The notes under the pieces were generated by a model. It was not told the origin of the DNA. It was given only the letters and a program-made list of their open reading frames with translations, and ran no database searches. Position numbers and translations under genes: made by a program. DNA of 64,000 nt, from the IMG/VR virus record IMGVR_UViG_3300021960_006131, positions 1 through 64,000 of that record. One strand, written 5' to 3'. Source of the DNA: a virus. Shown in pieces: positions 1-6,938 of this stretch (position 1 is its first letter; the number at the start of each line of letters is the position of its first letter).

Positions 1-224
1 ATGTGGTAAATGGCACAGATGAAAGTTGGAGAGAAGTAGAAGAACACACTAAAGCATTTAGAGATGCCGGCTGTAACTTCCCTGTATGGATTATGGGAGT
101 TGGCGGCACCTTTGAAGGCCTTGTGCAAACAGAGGCCAGCATAGCCGATGAAGCCATACAACGTGGATACAATTACACTAGTAGAGTTCACGTACACATT
201 TATGGTAATGCTATTGGCAAATAG
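1..224 (+). CDS. queE: C-terminal part of 7-carboxy-7-deazaguanine synthase (QueE-like radical SAM), 5'-truncated by window
   Basis: C-terminus 'YNYTSRVHVHIYGNAIGK' resembles the QueE tail (R-x-H-x-x-I-W/Y-G-N), preceded by 'PVWIMGVG'. The CxxxCxxC motif would lie upstream of the window. Confidence 0.7.
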   Translation, partial: VVNGTDESWREVEEHTKAFRDAGCNFPVWIMGVGGTFEGLVQTEASIADEAIQRGYNYTSRVHVHIYGNAIGK

Positions 225-233
225 GAGAAGTTT

Positions 234-704
234 ATGAGTAGAATTAAATTGAATATTAAAAGTCCGTGGGCAGTATTAATTAGTTTGAGTATGTTTGTAA
301 TGTTTATATCTGTGGTAGCATTGGGTGATACTAAATCAAAGACCGAAGTATTATACAGTACAACTGGTGAACCTATAGGCATAGTTGGTTACACTGAACA
401 TGGTGTTCCAGTTACTAAAGATGATATTAAAGTTAGATCTATTAATACAAATCAGATTAGAGGCTGGAAATGGGACAACAATAAGGATCAACTTATACTA
501 AGAATGAATAAAGGTAAAAAAATTATTATAGAGTTTTATGGTAGATGCTGGGATATAGATTTTGCAAACCAATTACTTTTTAAAAATACACTTGGTTCGT
601 TTACATTTATCACAGTTGGCGACATTATTACACCAATTACATTTGGTAGACACGCAACAATGCCGTGCAGAATAAAAAAAATATATGAAATGGTGCCTGC
701 ATAA
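234..704 (+). CDS. exported/membrane-anchored hypothetical protein (DUF6491-like)
   Basis: Hydrophobic N-terminal segment 'WAVLISLSMFVMFISVVALG'; 'GW...DQLIL...CWDIDFA...GDII...PCRIKKIY' pattern; AGGAG RBS upstream. Confidence 0.5.
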   Translation: MSRIKLNIKSPWAVLISLSMFVMFISVVALGDTKSKTEVLYSTTGEPIGIVGYTEHGVPVTKDDIKVRSINTNQIRGWKWDNNKDQLILRMNKGKKIIIEFYGRCWDIDFANQLLFKNTLGSFTFITVGDIITPITFGRHATMPCRIKKIYEMVPA

Positions 705-856
705 TGTATCCGTGTTTTATTTGTGGTAAAGTTATTAAGTATTTAGATATAAAATATCATACTGCTGATAAAACTAAAATATTTTGTGGTGCTAGTTGTA
801 GCCTAACATACTATCAACAATTAAAGGAGAAAGAAGATGGCAAAGATGAAGTTTAA
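704..856 (+). CDS. 50-aa zinc-binding (TRASH/YHS-like) protein, not in ORF track
   Basis: MYPCFICGK...IFCGASCSL gives CxxC...FCxxxC; start overlaps upstream stop (TAATG). Confidence 0.6.
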   Translation: MYPCFICGKVIKYLDIKYHTADKTKIFCGASCSLTYYQQLKEKEDGKDEV

Positions 857-1250
857 AGATATGATGGACCCTAAACTGTGGTTCAAGAACGAAAAGGATA
901 GACGTATTGCTATTGCTAAAAGAGATTTAACAGGCGGCGAATTAGAAAAAGAACTTGCCACTATCGAAGATAAGCCGTATGTAAACGTATTGCAAATGGA
1001 TGTTGATCCAATAAATCCTAAGAAAGGCTTTGTTGAACTTGACTTTAACGAGCAATTTGTTACAATGTTACAAACAAACGGTTATAGTGGCAAAAGTGAT
1101 GATGATATTGTAAATGGTTGGTTCAATGACTTATGTAGAACCATATTACAACAAGAAATGGCTGACATGGACTTTGGTATGCAAGATATGAATCCTGCTC
1201 CAAGTGATGTTATAACAGTGACAGATGAAGACAAAGAAGCAAAGGAATAA
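837..1250 (+). CDS. hypothetical phage protein
   Basis: 137-aa ORF with AAGGAG RBS, coupled to next gene (TAATG). Confidence 0.8.
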   Translation: MAKMKFKDMMDPKLWFKNEKDRRIAIAKRDLTGGELEKELATIEDKPYVNVLQMDVDPINPKKGFVELDFNEQFVTMLQTNGYSGKSDDDIVNGWFNDLCRTILQQEMADMDFGMQDMNPAPSDVITVTDEDKEAKE

Positions 1251-2242
1251 TGAAATACATTCTAGTTGACACACTTAATATGTTCTTTAGAGCAAAGCAT
1301 GTGACTGCTCGTACTAGCGACATTGATATGAAAGTTGGTATGGCAATGCACATTATGTTTAATAGTGTAAAGAAGGTGTGGAGAGAGTTTGATGGCGATC
1401 ATGTAATATTCTGCTTAGAAGGTAGAAGTTGGCGTAAAGACTTCTATGAGCCTTACAAGAAGAATAGAAAGGTCACAATGGATCAAAGGTCTCCTAGTCA
1501 ACAAGAAGAAGATGAAATATTCTTTGAAGCATACGACGAATTCGTTGAGTTCTTAAAAACTAAGACGAATTGTAGTGTGCTACATCAACCACAAGCAGAA
1601 GCAGATGATTTGATTGCTATGTGGACACAAGAACACCCACAAGATGAACATATTATTGTAAGCACAGATAGTGACTTTTATCAACTTATAAGCAATAACA
1701 TTAGTCAATATAATGGTGTAACAGATCAAATAGTAAGGATAGATGGTATATACGAAGCAAAGACTATGAAACGTGCTATTGATAAAAAAACACAAGAGCC
1801 TAAAGCAGTACCAGATCCTAAATGGTTACTGTTTGAAAAGTGTGTTAGAGGCGATACATCAGATAATATCTTCTCTGCTTTTCCTGGTGCTAGAAAGAAA
1901 GGCAGTAAGAATAAAACAGGTATGCAAGAAGCATTTGCTGATATGGAACGCGGTGGCTTTGATTACAATAACTTCATGCTACAACGTTGGGTAGATCACA
2001 ATGAGGAAGAACATAGAGTTATAGATGACTTTGAACGTAATAAAATACTCATTGATCTTACACAACAACCAGATGAAATTAAAACTGCTATCAGAGAAGT
2101 ATTTGAAGAATCATCTAATAAGGATAAAGTACAAAACGTAGGAATACATTTTATGAAGTTCTGTAACAAATGGAATATGCCTAAACTTACAGATGCCGCA
2201 ACAGAATTTGGAGAAATACTTAACGCATGTCAGAAACAATAA
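1250..2242 (+). CDS. rnh: 5'-3' exonuclease / T4 RNase H-like (FEN/PIN fold)
   Basis: 'ILVD..N.FFRA', 'SWRKDFY..YKKNR', 'EADDLIA', 'STDSDFYQL', 'GDTSDNI' acidic catalytic motifs. Confidence 0.9.
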   Translation: MKYILVDTLNMFFRAKHVTARTSDIDMKVGMAMHIMFNSVKKVWREFDGDHVIFCLEGRSWRKDFYEPYKKNRKVTMDQRSPSQQEEDEIFFEAYDEFVEFLKTKTNCSVLHQPQAEADDLIAMWTQEHPQDEHIIVSTDSDFYQLISNNISQYNGVTDQIVRIDGIYEAKTMKRAIDKKTQEPKAVPDPKWLLFEKCVRGDTSDNIFSAFPGARKKGSKNKTGMQEAFADMERGGFDYNNFMLQRWVDHNEEEHRVIDDFERNKILIDLTQQPDEIKTAIREVFEESSNKDKVQNVGIHFMKFCNKWNMPKLTDAATEFGEILNACQKQ

Positions 2243-2406
2243 GAAAAATATGGGATGCCATAAAGTATGGTCCAGAAGAAACGTTGGTTACATTTGAATC
2301 ACCTGATAAAGGTAAAACAGTATTTCAATGTACATCAACAACAAATAAAAGAACAGGACAAATAACAAGACAACGAGAGTTGATAAAAGGAGAAATAAAT
2401 GAGTAA
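2227..2406 (+). CDS. 59-aa hypothetical protein, not in ORF track
   Basis: MSETIRKIWDAIKYG...GEINE*; fills the gap between two genes, overlapping both; GGAG upstream. Confidence 0.5.
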   Translation: MSETIRKIWDAIKYGPEETLVTFESPDKGKTVFQCTSTTNKRTGQITRQRELIKGEINE

Positions 2407-2920
2407 GAAAGCAACAATTAAAAAGGTTGATGACGCAAGTTGGTTGGTTATAGATCAGCATCGCGGTAATGTCGGAGTCCTGTATCAAAATGTCCAAGGT
2501 GATTATGAATACTTGGCAAGTGATATTAAGGAAAAATTTAAAAGCGACCGAGCAGTAGAAAAATATTTTGGTGCTAAAGTATTCCAACAGAAAACCGTTG
2601 AAAGTGCAATACAGCCAGATAAGATGTTTATTGCAGGATTTGAAATACCATTTCCATCACCTGAACTAATTTCATCTGACCATCCTGAATACACAAAAGA
2701 TGTACCGTTATTCAGTAAAACTGCAAATAGCGATGTATTGTATGCGGCAGGTTGGTATGCTATTAACTTTGAAAAAGGCTGGAAACATGGTTACTGTCCT
2801 AAAGCAAGTACACTATTCCAATATGGGTACGAAGGTCCTTTTAATACCAAAGATGAATTAAGATTCAGACTCAAAGAACTTAATAAGATCAAGAGAAATG
2901 AAATTAAAAACTCTGATTGA
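2399..2920 (+). CDS. hypothetical phage protein
   Basis: 173-aa ORF with AAGGAG RBS; 'YAAGWY...CPK.STL..Y.YEGPF' motif. Confidence 0.8.
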   Translation: MSKKATIKKVDDASWLVIDQHRGNVGVLYQNVQGDYEYLASDIKEKFKSDRAVEKYFGAKVFQQKTVESAIQPDKMFIAGFEIPFPSPELISSDHPEYTKDVPLFSKTANSDVLYAAGWYAINFEKGWKHGYCPKASTLFQYGYEGPFNTKDELRFRLKELNKIKRNEIKNSD

Positions 2921-3068
2921 AAATCTCAAATACTATAAGTCTATTGGAAGTACTCAAGTAACATTAGATATTAATGATTTGCTAGAAGCATTAAATGATG
3001 TATCTAAAGTAGAGGAAATTAAACCAAAGAAATCATTGACGTTAGATGCCGATGGCGGCAGGTTCTAG
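2898..3068 (+). CDS. 56-aa hypothetical protein, not in ORF track
   Basis: MKLKTLIENL...LDADGGRF*; fills the gap and overlaps both neighbours. Confidence 0.55.
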   Translation: MKLKTLIENLKYYKSIGSTQVTLDINDLLEALNDVSKVEEIKPKKSLTLDADGGRF

Positions 3069-3342
3069 TTTTTTAACAAGGCAACATGGTTTCGTGAGTT
3101 TTAACAAAGGCACATACAACGCCAAATATAAATACAACTACAAAATGCCCAGTTATGGTATAAATCATCATTACTTAAAATGGTGCGAAGATAATATACC
3201 AAATGGATTTGGTTGGTGGTTCAAAAGAACACAACCTTACATAACTGATCCACACAAAGACGATAGAGCATTCGTGAGTTTTAAAACAAAAGAGGACCAT
3301 GCAAAGTTTACTTGGTATATGTTAAAGCAAAATGATAGTTAA
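3046..3342 (+). CDS. hypothetical protein
   Basis: 98-aa ORF in operon context; start uncertain. Confidence 0.6.
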   Translation: MPMAAGSSFLTRQHGFVSFNKGTYNAKYKYNYKMPSYGINHHYLKWCEDNIPNGFGWWFKRTQPYITDPHKDDRAFVSFKTKEDHAKFTWYMLKQNDS

Positions 3343-3562
3343 AATTTACACAAAAACCACATGTCCATATAGCACTATGGCTAAACAAGTGCTAGAACTT
3401 AATGGATATGAATACACAGAAACAGTATTAGATGATGACGATAAACGCACACAATTCTACGAAAGTTGCGGAGATGACGTTAATACTGTACCACAAATAT
3501 TCGTAGATGGAGAAAGAATAGGGGGATTTCAGCATCTTCTTAGGTCAAAACTAATTAGTTAA
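3332..3562 (+). CDS. glutaredoxin (monothiol CPYS variant)
   Basis: 'IYTKTTCPYS..AK', 'TVPQIFVDGERIGGF'. Confidence 0.9.
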   Translation: MIVKIYTKTTCPYSTMAKQVLELNGYEYTETVLDDDDKRTQFYESCGDDVNTVPQIFVDGERIGGFQHLLRSKLIS

Positions 3563-3585
3563 AGTATGTTTTAACTGCTTTTTAG

Positions 3586-3592
3586 ATAAATA
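3586..3592 (+). promoter_or_regulatory. late-type promoter ATAAATA
   Basis: Intergenic GATAAATA followed by CAGGAG and ATG 3611; motif recurs in most intergenic gaps and resembles the T4 late box TATAAATA. Confidence 0.6.
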
Positions 3593-3610
3593 AAAGTACA
3601 GGAGACATAC

Positions 3611-3925
3611 ATGAGTAGACCAAAACCAACAGTGATTTTAGAGCATCACGATACTACAAATTATAAAACAGAGCAGGTACTAGCGGCTGGAAACGTTTTT
3701 AGTGTGTTCTTTCAAGGTTCGCCAATTAATCTAAGAACCATGCATTCTTACTTAGATTATCCTGGACCGAAGTATAAGAAAACTAGTTTTTCTAATCCTG
3801 GACATGCATTTAACTTAGCAGAGCGTCTAAACAAACAATTTAACACAGAAGAATTTTGTGTAGTTAAATTAGAAAGCGGACCTATTGTTAGTGAAGATGA
3901 AGTCAAAAATGGCAATTCAAAATAG
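3611..3925 (+). CDS. hypothetical phage protein
   Basis: 104-aa ORF with CAGGAG RBS; 'PGPKYKKTSFSNPGHAFNLAERLN'. Confidence 0.85.
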   Translation: MSRPKPTVILEHHDTTNYKTEQVLAAGNVFSVFFQGSPINLRTMHSYLDYPGPKYKKTSFSNPGHAFNLAERLNKQFNTEEFCVVKLESGPIVSEDEVKNGNSK

Positions 3926-4313
3926 TTTACAATATAAAATAGTAGATAAAATCAAGCAAGAATTAGATATCAGTCAGTATTCTGTACTTGACATAATGCC
4001 TTTGTTTTTTAAAAATCATAGGATTAGAGGTAATAAGGTTATTGGAGTTAGGCTTACTAAGTATGGTTTAACACTTATGGAAAAGAGTTTTACATGCTAC
4101 AATTTTAAACTAGACAACTTTAAACTGTCAAACAAAGCAGTAGTTAAACTAGATCAAACTATGCAATGGCCTTACTTTGTAGACAATAAGAAGTTAGTGC
4201 TATTCAGTGAAAAGGATTCAATTATACTTAAACTGAAAGGTCAGAACTTGGAAAAATGGTTACAAGGTCTTCGCAAACCAAAAAATCCTACCAAAGACGA
4301 ACCTTCCGAGTAA
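3909..4313 (+). CDS. hypothetical protein
   Basis: ORF track 3885..4313; ATG at 3909 overlapping the upstream gene end is the more likely start. Confidence 0.7.
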   Translation: MAIQNSLQYKIVDKIKQELDISQYSVLDIMPLFFKNHRIRGNKVIGVRLTKYGLTLMEKSFTCYNFKLDNFKLSNKAVVKLDQTMQWPYFVDNKKLVLFSEKDSIILKLKGQNLEKWLQGLRKPKNPTKDEPSE

Positions 4314-4363
4314 ATATTAATGTACATTAACGTACATACACACTGACACACAAGGAGAAAATT

Positions 4364-4576
4364 ATGTCACAAGGAAAAAGTGGGTTCGAACTACGAACCG
4401 ATATCTTAGGTATGGCAATGGGACTGTTAGAAAATAACAGAGATCAAGCCACACATTCATTTTACAGCATTCCAGAAGAAGATAGAAAAGGTGAAAAAGC
4501 ACCTGTTATTGCTATCTCTACTGATGAGGTAATAAGCACAGCACAAGAACTTTACGCATTCGTAAACGAAAAGTAA
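4364..4576 (+). CDS. small hypothetical phage protein
   Basis: 70-aa ORF, AAGGAG RBS, GTAAATA box upstream, terminator downstream. Confidence 0.8.
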   Translation: MSQGKSGFELRTDILGMAMGLLENNRDQATHSFYSIPEEDRKGEKAPVIAISTDEVISTAQELYAFVNEK

Positions 4577-4593
4577 GTATTTGGTTCTGTATA

Positions 4594-4619
4594 AAAAAAG
4601 GGTCCTAGGACCCTTTTTT
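4594..4619. terminator. bidirectional intrinsic terminator
   Basis: Perfect inverted repeat AAAAAAGGGTCCTAGGACCCTTTTTT between convergent ORFs 4364-4576(+) and 4631-4756(-). Confidence 0.9.
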
Positions 4620-4630
4620 AGTGGTTGTGT

Positions 4631-4756
4631 CTACGATGCAATAATATTTTGCACGTTTTCCATACGACCTGATTTCATCAGTGTATCTAATTTTTTCCAA
4701 GTGACCAATGCGAAACGATGAGTTGCACTGGCTACTATTCCTAAGGACTTCGCCAT
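4631..4756 (-). CDS. 41-aa peptide, not in ORF track
   Basis: MAKSLGIVASATHRFALVTWKKLDTLMKSGRMENVQNIIAS*; CAGGAG RBS, ATAAATA box at 4875-4869, ends at the bidirectional terminator. Confidence 0.65.
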   Translation of the reverse strand: MAKSLGIVASATHRFALVTWKKLDTLMKSGRMENVQNIIAS

Positions 4757-4825
4757 GTTATTCTCCTGTGATATTCTAACAAAACTGCTAGTAGGTTTGC
4801 AGTAACTTCATCCCTAATGGGCTCT

Positions 4826-4875
4826 GTTACAGACTATCAAACTCTATGTTACAATCGTGTTACAGAAGTATTTAT
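4826..4875 (-). promoter_or_regulatory. ATAAATA box followed by 11-bp-phased (C/T)TGTAAC direct repeats (Pho-box-like)
   Basis: GTTACA(G/A) on + at 4826, 4848, 4859 (spacings 22 and 11); TATTTAT at 4869-4875. Confidence 0.45.
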
Positions 4876-4913
4876 CATTTGTGCGAAAATCATACAATTT
4901 TTACGGAAATAGG

Positions 4914-4942
4914 TTGACCATACCCACAAAATTTAGTATAAT
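4914..4942 (+). promoter_or_regulatory. sigma70-type early promoter
   Basis: TTGACC-17 bp-TATAAT; GTAGGAG RBS at 4964. Confidence 0.9.
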
Positions 4943-4975
4943 ATATGCATAATTTGTAAAAAGGTAGGAGTTTTT

Positions 4976-5446
4976 ATGTATAAAGTATTTCAAATCAAGT
5001 TAAGTGACGAAGTAACAGACTTCGTTAATTCTAATGACAGAGGACACACAGGTGCCGCTGAAAAATATCCTGAGTACAATGCACACATGGAAGTGATGCA
5101 TGGTGCCGAAGGTTTCAAGGGAGAAATGTTTAATCATTATACCCAAGTTTGCGAAGTTGCTCAATTTGAAGACAGCAACTTAGAAGAAGTATTCAAAATT
5201 TTGAATGGTTACTACTATGATGACGACACTGGTTTAGATCAGTGGTTCGACACATTCGTAAGTGGTTTCAAAATGAAGACGTTCACTAGGAAAGATGGTG
5301 AGGTTGTTACATATCGTGACATGCACTCTCTTTCAGTAGGCGACATTGTGTATGATTCAGTAGAAGATTCATATAACATTGTTGATAAATGGGGTTTCAA
5401 GGACATCACTAGTGATGTTCTTTCAGGTGTTCAACAAACAGCATAA
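4976..5446 (+). CDS. YodL-like domain protein
   Basis: 'LEEVFKILN' and 'MHSLSVGDIV' match the YodL-type HSLSVxDIV motif. Confidence 0.65.
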   Translation: MYKVFQIKLSDEVTDFVNSNDRGHTGAAEKYPEYNAHMEVMHGAEGFKGEMFNHYTQVCEVAQFEDSNLEEVFKILNGYYYDDDTGLDQWFDTFVSGFKMKTFTRKDGEVVTYRDMHSLSVGDIVYDSVEDSYNIVDKWGFKDITSDVLSGVQQTA

Positions 5447-5661
5447 TGGAATACGTTGAGTCTTTGGATTATAAACTTCGCTATTTAGATAAGTTCAGTG
5501 CTAGGGCAGGTAAACATAATTGGATATCTGACCCTAAGATCTATTCTGATAGCGATGTATTCCTTAGGTTAGAACAGTTGCAAGAACTAGGCTATTTGGT
5601 TGAATTAACATTTAATTTGAAAAATAACAAAGAAAAGGTTGACCTTGGTCAGGTTTTTTAG
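5446..5661 (+). CDS. hypothetical protein
   Basis: 71-aa ORF coupled by TAATG; 3' end overlaps the next promoter. Confidence 0.55.
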   Translation: MEYVESLDYKLRYLDKFSARAGKHNWISDPKIYSDSDVFLRLEQLQELGYLVELTFNLKNNKEKVDLGQVF

Positions 5662-5667
5662 TATAAT
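5639..5667 (+). promoter_or_regulatory. sigma70-type early promoter
   Basis: TTGACC-17 bp-TATAAT; GTAGGAGTAA RBS at 5689. Confidence 0.9.
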
Positions 5668-5702
5668 AGTTGTATATTAAATAATTTCGTAGGAGTAATT
5701 AT

Positions 5703-6782
5703 ATGTCAGATAACATTCGAACAGTAAAACTAAGCAGGGCAAAGAGCCACATCAAACGTGCTTTTAATAAAAAACGTCCTGTATTTATTTGGGGTCCTCC
5801 AGGAGTTGGTAAGTCCGACGTACTGGCTCAGATCGCTGAAGAAGGTAATAACCTTTTAATTGATTTGAGAATGGCTTTGCTAGACCCAACAGATATCAAA
5901 GGGTATCCTTACAGAGATGAGGACACTAACAAAATGATGTGGGCGGCACCTGCCGAACTACCATCAGAAGAACTTGCTAGCCAGTATGAAACTGTCTTCT
6001 TGTTCTTAGACGAACTTAACTCTGCACCTCCAAGTGTGCAGGCAACTGCTTACCAGTTGATTCTTAACCGTAGAGTTGGACAATATCAATTACCAGATAA
6101 CGTGGTAATTGCGGCGGCTGGTAACAGAGACACTGATAAAGGTGTTACTTACAGGATGCCAAGTCCTTTAGCAAACAGATTCCTTCACTTAGAAGTTGAA
6201 GTTAATCATGACGATTGGCAGTCTTGGGCAGTTGATAATGATATCAACCCAGATGTTGTTGGTTACTTGGCTTTTGCTAAACAAGACCTTTTTGACTTTG
6301 ATCCAAAGAGTTCAAGTAGGAGTTTTGCTACTCCAAGGTCTTGGGCATTCGTTAGCCAAATGCTGGAAGACAGTGACATGACTCATGAAGAGGAAATGGA
6401 TATTGTTACAGGTTTGGTTGGCGAAGGCATGGCAATTAAGTTTATGAATCACAAGAAGAATGCTTCTAAACTTCCTAAGCCTTCTGAAATCCTTTCAGGT
6501 AAGGTCAAGGAGTTGAAGAAACTTGAGATATCTTCAAAGTATGCTCTTACAGTTGGTATGAGTTACGAACTTAAGAATATCCAAGATAGTGGTGATGACA
6601 AAGAACTCACATCGTCGTTTAATAACTTCATTAACTTCTTAATGGATAACTTTGAACCAGAAATGTGTGTACTTGGTTGTAAAATTGCATTGAGCGAGTA
6701 TGATATTGATGTAGACTTTGCAGATGTTGAACGTATCGATGAGTGGGTTGAAAGATACGGTAAGTATATGAACATCGACTAG
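5703..6782 (+). CDS. MoxR-like AAA+ ATPase
   Basis: Walker A GPPGVGKS, Walker B LFLDELN, sensor 'AAGNR', arginine finger 'PLANRF', 'TPRSW'. Confidence 0.9.
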   Translation: MSDNIRTVKLSRAKSHIKRAFNKKRPVFIWGPPGVGKSDVLAQIAEEGNNLLIDLRMALLDPTDIKGYPYRDEDTNKMMWAAPAELPSEELASQYETVFLFLDELNSAPPSVQATAYQLILNRRVGQYQLPDNVVIAAAGNRDTDKGVTYRMPSPLANRFLHLEVEVNHDDWQSWAVDNDINPDVVGYLAFAKQDLFDFDPKSSSRSFATPRSWAFVSQMLEDSDMTHEEEMDIVTGLVGEGMAIKFMNHKKNASKLPKPSEILSGKVKELKKLEISSKYALTVGMSYELKNIQDSGDDKELTSSFNNFINFLMDNFEPEMCVLGCKIALSEYDIDVDFADVERIDEWVERYGKYMNID

Positions 6783-6835
6783 TTAGTTCCTGTGTCGCCT
6801 GTTACTCCTACAACCTACATAGCGGCACAGACTAA
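6783..6835 (+). ncRNA. putative structured 3'-UTR/small RNA hairpin with anti-SD loop (UACUCCUACAACCU)
   Basis: Stems TTAGT/ACTAA, CTGTGTCGC/GCGGCACAG, TGT/ACA; loop is the reverse complement of the GTAGGAG RBS of all six sigma70-driven genes. Confidence 0.5.
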
Positions 6836-6836
6836 A

Positions 6837-6868
6837 GGGGGGATCTTTACGGTCCCCCCATCCTTTTA
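6837..6868 (+). terminator. intrinsic terminator
   Basis: GGGGGGATC-tttac-GGTCCCCCC hairpin followed by ATCCTTTTA. Confidence 0.7.
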
Positions 6869-6881
6869 TCCAAATAATAGG

Positions 6882-6910
6882 TTGACCTCTCTGGTAATTT
6901 TTAGTATAAT
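6882..6910 (+). promoter_or_regulatory. sigma70-type early promoter
   Basis: TTGACC-17 bp-TATAAT; TTGTAGGAG RBS at 6922. Confidence 0.9.
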
Positions 6911-6938
6911 ATAAGTATAGTTTGTAGGAGAACACACA

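Noticed and set aside
3091-3284. 14-nt repeat TTCGTGAGTTTTAA at 3091 and 3271
   Set aside because: Both copies are in frame within one ORF (FVSF); only two copies and no regulatory context.
4757-4865. Known riboswitch (glutamine, fluoride, c-di-GMP, preQ1) in the peptide leader
   Set aside because: I could not match the conserved cores by eye; kept only as an unassigned structured leader pending an Rfam search.
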